A DNA stretch of 64,000 bases, taken from contig DYEF01000023.1 of NCBI GenBank assembly GCA_020725805.1, positions 20,783-84,782 on the forward strand. The letters are read 5' to 3'. Source of the DNA: Bdellovibrio sp. GTDB lineage: Bacteria; Myxococcota; SpSt-1050. The position numbers and the translations under genes are program-made. The notes below the pieces were generated by a model, which saw only the letters and a program-made list of their open reading frames with translations, was not told the origin of the DNA and did no database searches. Shown in pieces: positions 29,346 through 38,720 of the stretch (its first letter is position 1; each line of letters begins with the position of its first letter).

Positions 29346-31361
29346 ATGAGATTCAGAATCGGTCCGGATGTAACGTTTATCTCACTTTTTATCCTTCTGC
29401 TGATTTGCATAATCATCCCGATGCCGGGGTGGCTTCTGGATTTCTTCATATCAATGAACATCTGTGCGACCATACTGATTCTGGTGATTTCTCTGAATAT
29501 CTCTTCGGCAGTCGAACTTCCGTCATTCCCTTCTATCCTCCTTGTCACGACACTCTTCAGACTCTCTCTAAATGTTGCATCCACACGCGCAATTCTCACC
29601 ACAGGTGAAGCCGGAAGGGTAATCGCTGCCTTTGGAAACTTTGTCATAGCAGGGAATTACTTTGCAGGGGCAGTCGTTTTTCTCATAATTACCATTATTC
29701 AGCTCATTGTTGTTACCAAAGGTGCCGAAAGAGTTGCCGAGGTATCGGCCCGGTTTACTCTCGATGCTATGCCGGGCAAACAGATGTCAATCGACGCCGA
29801 ACTGAGATCCGGACACATCACACAGGAGGAAGCGATCAGACGAAGGACAAACCTCTCCATAGAATCCCAGTTCTTCGGTTCAATGGACGGTGCGATGAAA
29901 TTCGTCAAGGGAGATGCTATTGCCGGAATTCTTATATCACTGATCAATGTTGCCGGAGGGATACTTACCGGAACAGTAATGAAAAATCTGAGCGTTGCAG
30001 ATGCGGTATCAAAATATACGATACTCAGTATAGGAGACGGTCTTGTATCGCAGATTCCTTCTCTTGTCATCTCAGTCTCCGCCGGAATAATCATTACCAG
30101 AATCTCCACCATAAAGAAGGCCGGACTCGGCAAAGAGATATTCATCAATCTTACACGCAAACCGCTGATGATTCTTATTGCATCTGTCATCGCCGTGCTT
30201 TTCTCTCTCCTTCCGCATATCCCGTTTCTCCCCTTCTTTTTGATCGGAGCCTCTCTGGCAGTTGCATACAGAAGACTCAACTCGGCATCACCCGACGAAA
30301 AGGCAAATCAGGAACCTGAGAATACCAGAAAAGCACAGGAAAGAGGAAATCCGGTTCCTGAGAATAACGAGACAAACAGCCTCTTTGCAGAACCGGTAAC
30401 ACTTGTAGTCTCAGAGGGTTTATGCTCCGACAGTTCTATCGGCTCCCCCGATTTCATCATCAGGAATATTCTTGCATCGGTCAGAAAGAGATTTCTTGAA
30501 AGACTCGGCTACAGAATGCCCGGAGTCCGTGTCGTAATTTCAGATTCATCAGAACCATCTTTCTCTCTTAACATTTACGGTACAGAGGTTGCAAACCTCA
30601 CATTCAGAAAAGATGCCGTATATACTATCCGGAAGAGATATTCAAAGGACGCAATAGCCGAGCTCGCAAGCGGGGAATATGTAAAGTATTACACAGAAGG
30701 CGATGGTCAGGGCAGCACAGAGAATCCGGGTCTTGCTCAGGTAATGCAGGAGATACTCTATTCGTACATTCTGAAAAATATCAGGGAGCTTTTCGGTATT
30801 CAGGAGACCTCCGAAATAATCGAAGAGTTCTCACAGAGATATCCGGCGCTGATAAGGGAGACGATTCCCAGGGCAGCAGGCATCAACACACTCTCGGAGA
30901 TACTGAAAAATCTCCTGTCAGAGGGAGTGTCAATCAAAAACATGAAAAACATCCTCGAGACCATTGAAAGATATGCCCCCTTCGAAAAGAATCCGATTCT
31001 CCTGACAGAATTCGTAAGGGTCTCGCTTGCCAGACAGATATGTCAGAATCTCTCCGCCGGTCAGCGGCTTCCGGTCTATGTCCTGTCTCAGGAAATCAAC
31101 AGGCTCATTCTGGATTCCATATCAGATATCGGCGGAGAACACGTACTCTCGATCAGTCCCGAAAACGCCCGCAGAATAATAGAGGCCGTGAAAAACACAA
31201 GGGAGAATTCAGAGGGACATCTGGTCATAATGACTGATTTCGAAGTACGGAGATTCGTAAGAAAGCTCATCGAGTACGAGATGCCCTTTGTTTCGGTTAT
31301 CTCATTTAAGGAGGTATCCTGTAATGTCAGAATCGAACCGGCCGGGGTTATAGGTCTTTGA
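29346..31361 (+). CDS. flhA: FHIPEP-family type III export gate protein (FlhA/SctV homologue)
   Basis: AGGAGG RBS. Near-continuous match to the FlhA N-terminal membrane domain: FRLSLNVASTRAILTTGEAG, VVTKGAERVAEVSARFTLDAMPGKQMSIDAELRSG, FFGSMDGAMKFVKGDAIAGILI, GDGLVSQIPSLVISVSAGIIITR. Length 671 aa. Confidence 0.8.
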   Translation: MRFRIGPDVTFISLFILLLICIIIPMPGWLLDFFISMNICATILILVISLNISSAVELPSFPSILLVTTLFRLSLNVASTRAILTTGEAGRVIAAFGNFVIAGNYFAGAVVFLIITIIQLIVVTKGAERVAEVSARFTLDAMPGKQMSIDAELRSGHITQEEAIRRRTNLSIESQFFGSMDGAMKFVKGDAIAGILISLINVAGGILTGTVMKNLSVADAVSKYTILSIGDGLVSQIPSLVISVSAGIIITRISTIKKAGLGKEIFINLTRKPLMILIASVIAVLFSLLPHIPFLPFFLIGASLAVAYRRLNSASPDEKANQEPENTRKAQERGNPVPENNETNSLFAEPVTLVVSEGLCSDSSIGSPDFIIRNILASVRKRFLERLGYRMPGVRVVISDSSEPSFSLNIYGTEVANLTFRKDAVYTIRKRYSKDAIAELASGEYVKYYTEGDGQGSTENPGLAQVMQEILYSYILKNIRELFGIQETSEIIEEFSQRYPALIRETIPRAAGINTLSEILKNLLSEGVSIKNMKNILETIERYAPFEKNPILLTEFVRVSLARQICQNLSAGQRLPVYVLSQEINRLILDSISDIGGEHVLSISPENARRIIEAVKNTRENSEGHLVIMTDFEVRRFVRKLIEYEMPFVSVISFKEVSCNVRIEPAGVIGL

Positions 31362-31437
31362 AACAGCGGCTAAACTTTTGCTTTACTTTGTCTGCCAAAA
31401 AATGTAAATGGCTTATTACCTGTCTACGGAGGAACAT

Positions 31438-32754
31438 ATGGTAGAACGTTATGACGTCAGGGAAGTAAGTTCGCTGTTTACAGAGACGGCAAGATTCAAC
31501 GAGTTTCTCGAGATTGAATTACTGGTATGCGAGGCATACGAACGTTCGGGGAAAATACCTTCCGGAACGACACTAAAGTTAAGGGAACTCATCGGCAGAC
31601 TGACCGATGAGGATGTAAAGAAGATAAACGAGATAGAAAAGACAACAAAACACGATATCATCGCATTTTTAACACTCATTGAACAGAAGGCGGGCGACCT
31701 CTCCAGATATATACACCTCGGGCTTACGAGCTATGACGTAGTGGATACGGCACTCTCCTCTCTTATGGTAAAGGCGCTCGGGATAATAATATCGGATCTC
31801 AGGAAACTGGCAGACGTTCTGATGCAAAAGGCGGATGAGTTTAAGTATACACCGATGATCGGACGGTCTCACGGGATACACGCCGAACCTATTACCTTCG
31901 GACATAAACTGATAAACTTCTACGATGAAACCATGCGCAATCTTGCCAGACTCGAAAGGGCCAGAGAAAACATTGCTGTAGGTAAAATATCCGGGGCAGT
32001 TGGAATCTACGGCAACGTCGACCCTGATGTGGAGAACTATGTGCTGAACAAACTAAACCTCAGACCTCTCTTTGCAACGACGCAGGTAATTCCGAGGGAT
32101 ATACACGCAGAGCTAATCCTGAGCCTTGCAATTAATGCTGCCTCGCTGGAGAAGTTTGCAACGGAGATAAGGCATCTTCAGAGGACGGAGCTCAGGGAAG
32201 TATTTGAATTCTTTACCAAAGGGCAGAAAGGCTCCTCCGCCATGCCGCACAAAAAGAATCCGATACTTTCGGAAAACGTCTGCGGCCTTGCACGAATTAT
32301 AAAATCATACACAGTTGCCGCTCTGGAAAATATCCCGCTCTGGCACGAAAGGGATATATCGCACTCGTCTGTCGAGAGGATTATGCTCTCGGATGTCTTT
32401 ACTCTCTCATCTTTTACCATACGAAGGACGACCCAGATATTCGAAAAGATGATAGTACTCCCCGAAAATATGCAAAAGAATCTCGACATTACAAAAGGCC
32501 TCTATTTCTCAGAATCACTCCTCCTAAAGATTGTCGAAAAAGGATATCTGAGACAAAAGGCCTATGAACTCGTTCAGAAACTGGCATTACATGCCTTCGA
32601 AAATGACCTCGACTTCAAATCCGTTGTAAAGGAGAGCGATGAGATAAAAGCCATTCTGTCCGAAAAGGAAATAGAGTCTGTCTTCAATTTTGACCATCAC
32701 TTCAGAAACATAAACTTCATTTTCGAAAGTGTAAAAAATAAATACAGGACCTGA
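31438..32754 (+). CDS. purB: adenylosuccinate lyase
   Basis: Start set at MVERYDV (ATG 31438, GGAGG RBS). Fumarate-lyase signature GSSAMPHKKNP; GRSHGIHAEPITFG. Confidence 0.85.
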   Translation: MVERYDVREVSSLFTETARFNEFLEIELLVCEAYERSGKIPSGTTLKLRELIGRLTDEDVKKINEIEKTTKHDIIAFLTLIEQKAGDLSRYIHLGLTSYDVVDTALSSLMVKALGIIISDLRKLADVLMQKADEFKYTPMIGRSHGIHAEPITFGHKLINFYDETMRNLARLERARENIAVGKISGAVGIYGNVDPDVENYVLNKLNLRPLFATTQVIPRDIHAELILSLAINAASLEKFATEIRHLQRTELREVFEFFTKGQKGSSAMPHKKNPILSENVCGLARIIKSYTVAALENIPLWHERDISHSSVERIMLSDVFTLSSFTIRRTTQIFEKMIVLPENMQKNLDITKGLYFSESLLLKIVEKGYLRQKAYELVQKLALHAFENDLDFKSVVKESDEIKAILSEKEIESVFNFDHHFRNINFIFESVKNKYRT

Positions 32755-33246
32755 TTTTTTGCCTTTACATAAAAATTGTATACAAAAGGAATCTGTGCTC
32801 CGGGATATTCCCCCTTACAATGCTTATCAGTACCGGAAGCAGAGTCAGGCGATAAAATTCTAAACCGGTTTATCAGGCAGTCAGGTGCCGGTTACAAACC
32901 GGGTGAAGAGTATCTGCCTTAAAGAGTATCCGGCAGCCTCTATTGCCTTGATTTCACGCCGTTTTTTGCAATATCCGGAAGAGAGGTGCCGGGCAGAATT
33001 TGCCGGATTTACCCGGAAGATATCCGTTTGTAAATGACTAGATTTCCGGTCTGTTTTCTGTTGCCATTAATTTTATTTAATGTTAGTCATTTCGGGTTAC
33101 AGGGTATGGGTTGGTAAGATTATGACACATCTGGCGAAAAGAGTTAGACGTTATATGGTCTTCATAGTCTTATCCGTCATTATCGCATCCTGCGGGATAA
33201 AGGCTCCGCCCAAACCCTCTGGTCAGGCACTTGCGGAGGTCATTAT

Positions 33247-34128
33247 ATGTTCAAAGGCTCGATAGTTGCTATTGTTACCCCGTTCAGAAACGGCAGAATT
33301 GACAAGACAGCCTTAAAGGAACTTGTCAAATGGCATATACGGCATAAAACGGATGCTATTGTGGTAAACGGAACTACCGGTGAAACCCCTACCCTTTCCC
33401 GGGAGGAGCAGAAGGAGAATATTTATACCGTACTCGAGGCCACCGATTCGAGAATTCCGGTCATTGCAGGTATCGGTTCGAACAGTACCGAACATACTAT
33501 CGACAACGCAAAGACGGCTATATCCTGCGGCGTCGACGGTCTGCTCGTTGTAACACCCTACTACAACAAACCCACACAGGAAGGAATGTACCAGCATTTC
33601 AGAAAGATATCCGAACTCTCGCCTGTCCCGATAATCCTCTACAACGTACCGGGCAGAACGGGAGTCTCACTGAAGACTGAGACAGTAATGAGGCTTGCCC
33701 TTCTCAAAAATATCGTCGGGATAAAAGAGGCGGGCGGTGACTTCAAAATGGTTATGGAACTTGCATCGAATCTTAAGAATTTCGATATACTCTGCGGAGA
33801 CGATGCCCTCAATCTGCCTATGGCATCGGTAGGTTCAAACGGGGCAATAAGTGTAACCGCAAATGTCGTACCGAATCTTATGTCGAGGATGTACAAACTC
33901 ATAGAAAAAGGAGATTTCAGAGAGGCAAAGAAGATTCATCTCGGGCTGAGGCACCTGAATTCGGTTCTCTTCATCGAGTCAAATCCGATTCCGGTCAAGG
34001 CTGTTTTATCGCTTATGAAGAAGATAAAAAACGAACTAAGACTTCCGCTCACTCCAATATCTGCGGAAAACATGAAGAAGATAAAGGCTGTCATCGACAG
34101 ATACTACCCCGAAATCTATAAATTATAA
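33247..34128 (+). CDS. dapA: 4-hydroxy-tetrahydrodipicolinate synthase
   Basis: MFKGSIVAIVTPF, GTTGE, active-site lysine region NIVGIKEAGG. Confidence 0.9.
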   Translation: MFKGSIVAIVTPFRNGRIDKTALKELVKWHIRHKTDAIVVNGTTGETPTLSREEQKENIYTVLEATDSRIPVIAGIGSNSTEHTIDNAKTAISCGVDGLLVVTPYYNKPTQEGMYQHFRKISELSPVPIILYNVPGRTGVSLKTETVMRLALLKNIVGIKEAGGDFKMVMELASNLKNFDILCGDDALNLPMASVGSNGAISVTANVVPNLMSRMYKLIEKGDFREAKKIHLGLRHLNSVLFIESNPIPVKAVLSLMKKIKNELRLPLTPISAENMKKIKAVIDRYYPEIYKL

Positions 34129-34143
34129 CTAAAGGAGCGTATT

Positions 34144-34953
34144 ATGATAAAAATCGTCGTAATCGGTGCAATGGGAAGAATGGGAAGACTTATTATTCAG
34201 ACAATTACAGAAGACCCTGACACAGAACTCTGCGGTGCGGTAGAGGTCTTCGGGCACAAGGATATCGGAAAGGATATCGGGAATCTCTGCGGTCTTGGTA
34301 CCCTCGGAATGCCCCTCTCCGATGACCTCGAGAAGGTAATTACCGGGTCTGACTGCATCATCGACTTCTCCACACCAAAATCTACTCTCGAAAACCTGCC
34401 GGTTGCGGCAGAAAACGGCACCCCGGTAGTAATAGGCACGACCGGACTGACGGGCCGCAAAGAGATGAAACAGATAAGGCTCTACAGCAAGAAAATTCCT
34501 GTCCTCTTCTCTCCCAATATGAGTATCGGTATGAATATACTTTTTAAGGTCGTCAGGGATGTTGCAAAATTTACAAAGGGCAGATTTGACATCGACATCC
34601 TCGATATTCACCACCGCACAAAGAAGGACGTCCCGAGCGGCACTGCCCTGAAACTTGCAGAGAACGTAGCTGTTGCAAGAGGACTCGATGCAAAGAAGAA
34701 TATTCACTTTATGAGACACGAAACCAACTTTACAAGAGACCCGAACGAGATAAAGATAATGGCCTCCAGAATCGGAGACATTGTAGGGGAGCATACTGTC
34801 TTCTTTGGCGGGAAAGGCGAGAGTATCGAGATAACACACAGGGCATCGAACAGACAGAACTTTGCCGAGGGCGCTATTCTGGCAGCAAAATGGCTTGTCA
34901 ACCAGAAGAAGGGCCTTTACAGCATGTCAGACGTTCTGGGACTGAATGATTGA
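34144..34953 (+). CDS. dapB: 4-hydroxy-tetrahydrodipicolinate reductase
   Basis: MIKIVVIGAMGRMGR NAD(P)-binding N-terminus, and the conserved EITHRASNRQNFAEGAILAAKW C-terminal block. Confidence 0.9.
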   Translation: MIKIVVIGAMGRMGRLIIQTITEDPDTELCGAVEVFGHKDIGKDIGNLCGLGTLGMPLSDDLEKVITGSDCIIDFSTPKSTLENLPVAAENGTPVVIGTTGLTGRKEMKQIRLYSKKIPVLFSPNMSIGMNILFKVVRDVAKFTKGRFDIDILDIHHRTKKDVPSGTALKLAENVAVARGLDAKKNIHFMRHETNFTRDPNEIKIMASRIGDIVGEHTVFFGGKGESIEITHRASNRQNFAEGAILAAKWLVNQKKGLYSMSDVLGLND

Positions 34954-35804
34954 CTGAGCAAAGAACATTTCTTCCGCTTGTAATAATAACCGGTATCGTC
35001 TCTATTTCATTCGCCGGGCCTGTTACGAGTATGGTAGCAATGCCCGCCGTTGCAATTGCGCTCTTCAGACTCTCTATATCCTTTATAATCCTTCTCCCCT
35101 TCTTTATCAGAGAAATTACGAATAGTCAGTTTCCGGAGATAAAACTGATAAAACTCTCACTATTGGCCTCCGTATTTCTGGCACTACATTTTATATTCTG
35201 GATCAGTTCGCTAAAATACACAAGTGTTACGAGTTCGGTCGTGCTCGTAACGACCAACCCCCTCTTTGTCGGAATCCTTTCTGCCCTTTTATTAAGGGAA
35301 AGACCCGGGAAAAAACTGATAATAGCCATTTCAATAGTTCTTCTCGGAGGTATAATCATATCGTCGGGTGAAGAGATCGACAGCATTAAAATAAAAGGAA
35401 ATCTGCTCGCACTGGCAGGTGCCGTAATGGCCTCACTTTATATAATAACAACAAGGAAAGCGAGGCAGAACTACTCACTCGTTACATATACCACAGTGCT
35501 CTATCTCTTTACCTCGGGCATACTTCTCATAGCAGCACTGATATCGGATACGAAACTCTTTTACTACCCTGCAAAGAACTACCTGCTCATATTATTTCTC
35601 GCGATAGTCCCGCAGCTTCTGGGGCACAACTCCTTTAACTGGGCGCTAAAATATCTCTCCCCTACAGTCGTAGCAATTCTGATACTTTTCGAACCTATAG
35701 GCGCAACAATAATATCCCATTTTATCTTCGGATATATCCCGTCTACGGGAGAAATAATAGGTTCAGCACTGATTCTGACAGGAATACTCGTATCACTAAT
35801 TTAA
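34950..35804 (+). CDS. EamA/DMT-family transporter (10 TM)
   Basis: Two EamA-like halves of hydrophobic helices. Overlaps the dapB stop by 4 nt. Confidence 0.75.
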   Translation: MTEQRTFLPLVIITGIVSISFAGPVTSMVAMPAVAIALFRLSISFIILLPFFIREITNSQFPEIKLIKLSLLASVFLALHFIFWISSLKYTSVTSSVVLVTTNPLFVGILSALLLRERPGKKLIIAISIVLLGGIIISSGEEIDSIKIKGNLLALAGAVMASLYIITTRKARQNYSLVTYTTVLYLFTSGILLIAALISDTKLFYYPAKNYLLILFLAIVPQLLGHNSFNWALKYLSPTVVAILILFEPIGATIISHFIFGYIPSTGEIIGSALILTGILVSLI

Positions 35805-36003
35805 TCTGAAAAACTATTACCAGTCAGGAAAGATATGGCTAAAGGCCGGTACTAAAGGCCGGTGCCAGATACCTTTTTAATCCATTGAAACGATTGAAAA
35901 ACATCTGCTCCCGGTATTTTGTCCAAACATTGAACACAGATGCATAACCGGTCGGAATCCGGCGAATCATTAATAGTTTTTGCGATATTAGTTTAAAATA
36001 AAA

Positions 36004-36027
36004 AAGGCGAGGAATTTTCCTCGCCTT
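36004..36027 (-). terminator. rho-independent terminator for the Cys-rich lipoprotein gene
   Basis: On the minus strand a perfect 8 bp stem GGCGAGGA/TCCTCGCC with a 5 nt loop is followed by a U-run. It is placed 24 nt after the stop of the gene ending at 36051. Confidence 0.6.
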
Positions 36028-36050
36028 ATGTCGGAATTTAGATTCCGTTA

Positions 36051-38375
36051 TTATTCTGTTGCACAGCTGTTGCTGTCGGGTACACAGAGATTTACCCCGT
36101 TTACATCCTTACAGGTGAATTTTTCGGGGCAGGCTCCCGGGACTTTCGGGTCACAGGAAGCGAGGCAGAACATATCTGCTCCGCTGTCAGGTACCTTTAC
36201 ACATCTGTTGGGCGGATTCGGATTGTTATAATCCGGATTGCCGCTGTTGCAATATGCATCCTCAAAGCAGGGTACGCACAAAAGTTCGGTCATAGGAATG
36301 CATATACCCTGATACAGGGCACCAAGTCCGAGCCAGGATTCATAGCAGGCATAACCTGCCGGACAATCGGCGTTGGTCTTGCAGATGCTGGAGCATTTCC
36401 CGTTGTTGAGACAGAGGTCATTGGCGCAGGGCTTATCAATGCAGGCCTCGTGACAGACCTCGTCTGTCGAACAGGCAACGCAATCACCATTGAAGCCCGC
36501 TCCTCCCTCTGTCGGGGCAGAACAGAATGAATAGACCTTATTTGCCTTCGTATCAAATCCGTACATCTTGCAGACTTCGCCGTTGGAGCAGTCCTTGTCT
36601 CCGTTGCACTCCTTGCCGGAACCGGAGAAAGGAATACAGAGGTTTGTCTGATTTACAGTGTCATAACCCTCTGAAAGCGGCTGAGGCATACATTTCCAGG
36701 TATAATTACCGGCCTTACCATAATCGCAGTCTGCACCGATATTGTCACAGGCGCCGGAGCAGTATCCTACTCTCAGACAGAGATTTGTCGAACAGGAGAA
36801 AGATGCCTGGCACTGCTGCCCGGGTTTGCTGGCCCCTGAATATTCCTTTGCACAGATCGAAACGGTATTGTCATCATATGTTTCGGGTCTGGAATAGTCG
36901 TCATTGTCCTCGTTGCCAAAGATAAGTTTGCAGATTTCTCCCGAGACCTTGCAGTCTGACGGCTTTTCACACTTGGTCGGCTTATCTCCCTGATAAACGG
37001 TCGGCATACAGATGCCCATATAAACCACCGTACAGCCCGCCTGGTCGAGGCTCATTCCCACATCACGGCATACTCCCTTAAAGCCGTCGCCGTAATTGCA
37101 GGTGCAGTCCTGGTCAGTGCAGTTGACATTTGCCACACACTTGTTGTTGAGACACTTGAGACTGCAGCACTCACCGTCCACGGTACAGGTCTGGTCGACC
37201 TTCTTGCAGTTGGGATGACAGAATGAGGCACACTTTCCTTCGAGGCAGAAGAGAGAGCAGCAATCGTCGTCTTCGGTACAGTCCTCGCCTGCCTTCTTCC
37301 CGCCTTTTGAGAGCTCACAGGTCTCGCCGCACTTGGTATTCAGTCCAAGGATGGACTGACCGGTTTTGTCAAGAGTAAAGCCCATCTGGCATTTCTGATT
37401 ATCTGAGCAGGTATTATCACCGTAGCAGTCGGGTCTGAAACGGTTCGGGAAGCAGGATGAACAATACTTCTTCTCGACAACCACTTTGGTTTTGGTATCA
37501 TAGGTCTTGAAGAGATTACAACTCATATCTCCCACACAGTCATCATCTTTTTCACACTCCTTATCGTCCTTTACATAACAGCTCTGGCAGATATTACCTC
37601 CGTGGGCGTTCGAGGAGGCACAGTATTTTTCCTGTGAGTATATACAGTCCCTGTTGTCATTGCAATAATTTACGCATCTGTCTGTCTTCACACACATAGC
37701 CGTTCCGTACTGTGCCGAACTCAGACACTCGTAGCAATTCATCCTGTAACCGCCAACAATGTTGAAGAACTCGGCACAATCAGCAGACTTTTCACACTTC
37801 TTCGAACAGACCGAACCTGACTTGTAAACACCGTTATCATCTCTCTCTCCGACACAATAAGTCTCCCCGGCCTTGCAGGCTACGTTCCCAAGTTTGTCAC
37901 AGGGCTCTCCCGCGCCTCTGTTGAGTGGAGTACAGGCTCCTTCCGTATACATACAAACCTTCTTGGTAGAATCGAGTGAATCATATGTACAGCAGTAATT
38001 CTTCTCTCCGGCAAAGCCTGCACAGTCCGCATCTGTTTCACAGCTCTTTGAACAATAACTGTTCTTTATCTTAGCCGTAATACCGTAGCATAATCCCGAC
38101 GCACAGTTGTCATCGGATGAGCAGAGTTCACCGTTATTTTTAAGCGGCTTCTTACAGGTCTTGCTTGTAGGGTTACATTCCAGCCCCTCACAGCAGTCCT
38201 CTGTCTTTTCACACTTCTGGTTGAGGGCTGAACATTGCGGTCCGGTATCGCCGGTACCGGTAGTGTCCGTTGGTGCAGCATCCTTACTCCCGCCGTTCCC
38301 ATCATCCGAGGAACATGCATTCAGCAATGCTACCGAAAGAATAATTCCTAAAATCACCAAAAACTTCTTCATCAA
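36051..38375 (-). CDS. cysteine-rich secreted lipoprotein (774 aa) built from knottin-like Cys repeats
   Basis: Lipobox MMKKFLVILGIILSVALLNACSSDD. Cys pattern units such as C-x6-C-x5-CC-x4-C-x6-C (CSALNQKCEKTEDCCEGLECNPTSKTC, CTEDDDCCSLFCLEGKC, CTVDGECCSLKCLNNKC) recur throughout. Confidence 0.7.
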   Translation of the reverse strand: MMKKFLVILGIILSVALLNACSSDDGNGGSKDAAPTDTTGTGDTGPQCSALNQKCEKTEDCCEGLECNPTSKTCKKPLKNNGELCSSDDNCASGLCYGITAKIKNSYCSKSCETDADCAGFAGEKNYCCTYDSLDSTKKVCMYTEGACTPLNRGAGEPCDKLGNVACKAGETYCVGERDDNGVYKSGSVCSKKCEKSADCAEFFNIVGGYRMNCYECLSSAQYGTAMCVKTDRCVNYCNDNRDCIYSQEKYCASSNAHGGNICQSCYVKDDKECEKDDDCVGDMSCNLFKTYDTKTKVVVEKKYCSSCFPNRFRPDCYGDNTCSDNQKCQMGFTLDKTGQSILGLNTKCGETCELSKGGKKAGEDCTEDDDCCSLFCLEGKCASFCHPNCKKVDQTCTVDGECCSLKCLNNKCVANVNCTDQDCTCNYGDGFKGVCRDVGMSLDQAGCTVVYMGICMPTVYQGDKPTKCEKPSDCKVSGEICKLIFGNEDNDDYSRPETYDDNTVSICAKEYSGASKPGQQCQASFSCSTNLCLRVGYCSGACDNIGADCDYGKAGNYTWKCMPQPLSEGYDTVNQTNLCIPFSGSGKECNGDKDCSNGEVCKMYGFDTKANKVYSFCSAPTEGGAGFNGDCVACSTDEVCHEACIDKPCANDLCLNNGKCSSICKTNADCPAGYACYESWLGLGALYQGICIPMTELLCVPCFEDAYCNSGNPDYNNPNPPNRCVKVPDSGADMFCLASCDPKVPGACPEKFTCKDVNGVNLCVPDSNSCATE

Positions 38376-38645
38376 AAACCTCCTAAAAATGGTTTATTTA
38401 CGCCAAAAACAGCCCGCCTAATACAATATATAATAACCGTATTGTCAAATATAAAAGCAGCAAAATCCTGATTTTTCTGAAATTCTTGTCATATCATAAT
38501 TCATCCGGAATCCACCTGTAGCAAAGTCAACACTATCTATAATAATGTTACATCATAATCTTTATCTTTATTCAAACACCTGTCCGACTCAGATAACATA
38601 CATCTGTACAGATTATCAGGGTAAATATTTTGACCACTATACTTG

Positions 38646-38674
38646 TTGACTTAAATTTACATTTTTACTAATAT
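38646..38674 (+). promoter_or_regulatory. putative sigma70 promoter TTGACT-17-TAATAT for the tandem TPL-like gene
   Basis: -35 TTGACT at 38646-38651, a 17 nt spacer, -10 TAATAT at 38669-38674, about 46 nt upstream of the ATG at 38721. Confidence 0.45.
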
Positions 38675-38720
38675 CCTCCCGTTTTGAAAGATTAACCTTT
38701 TTTCAGGAAAGGAACAGAAT

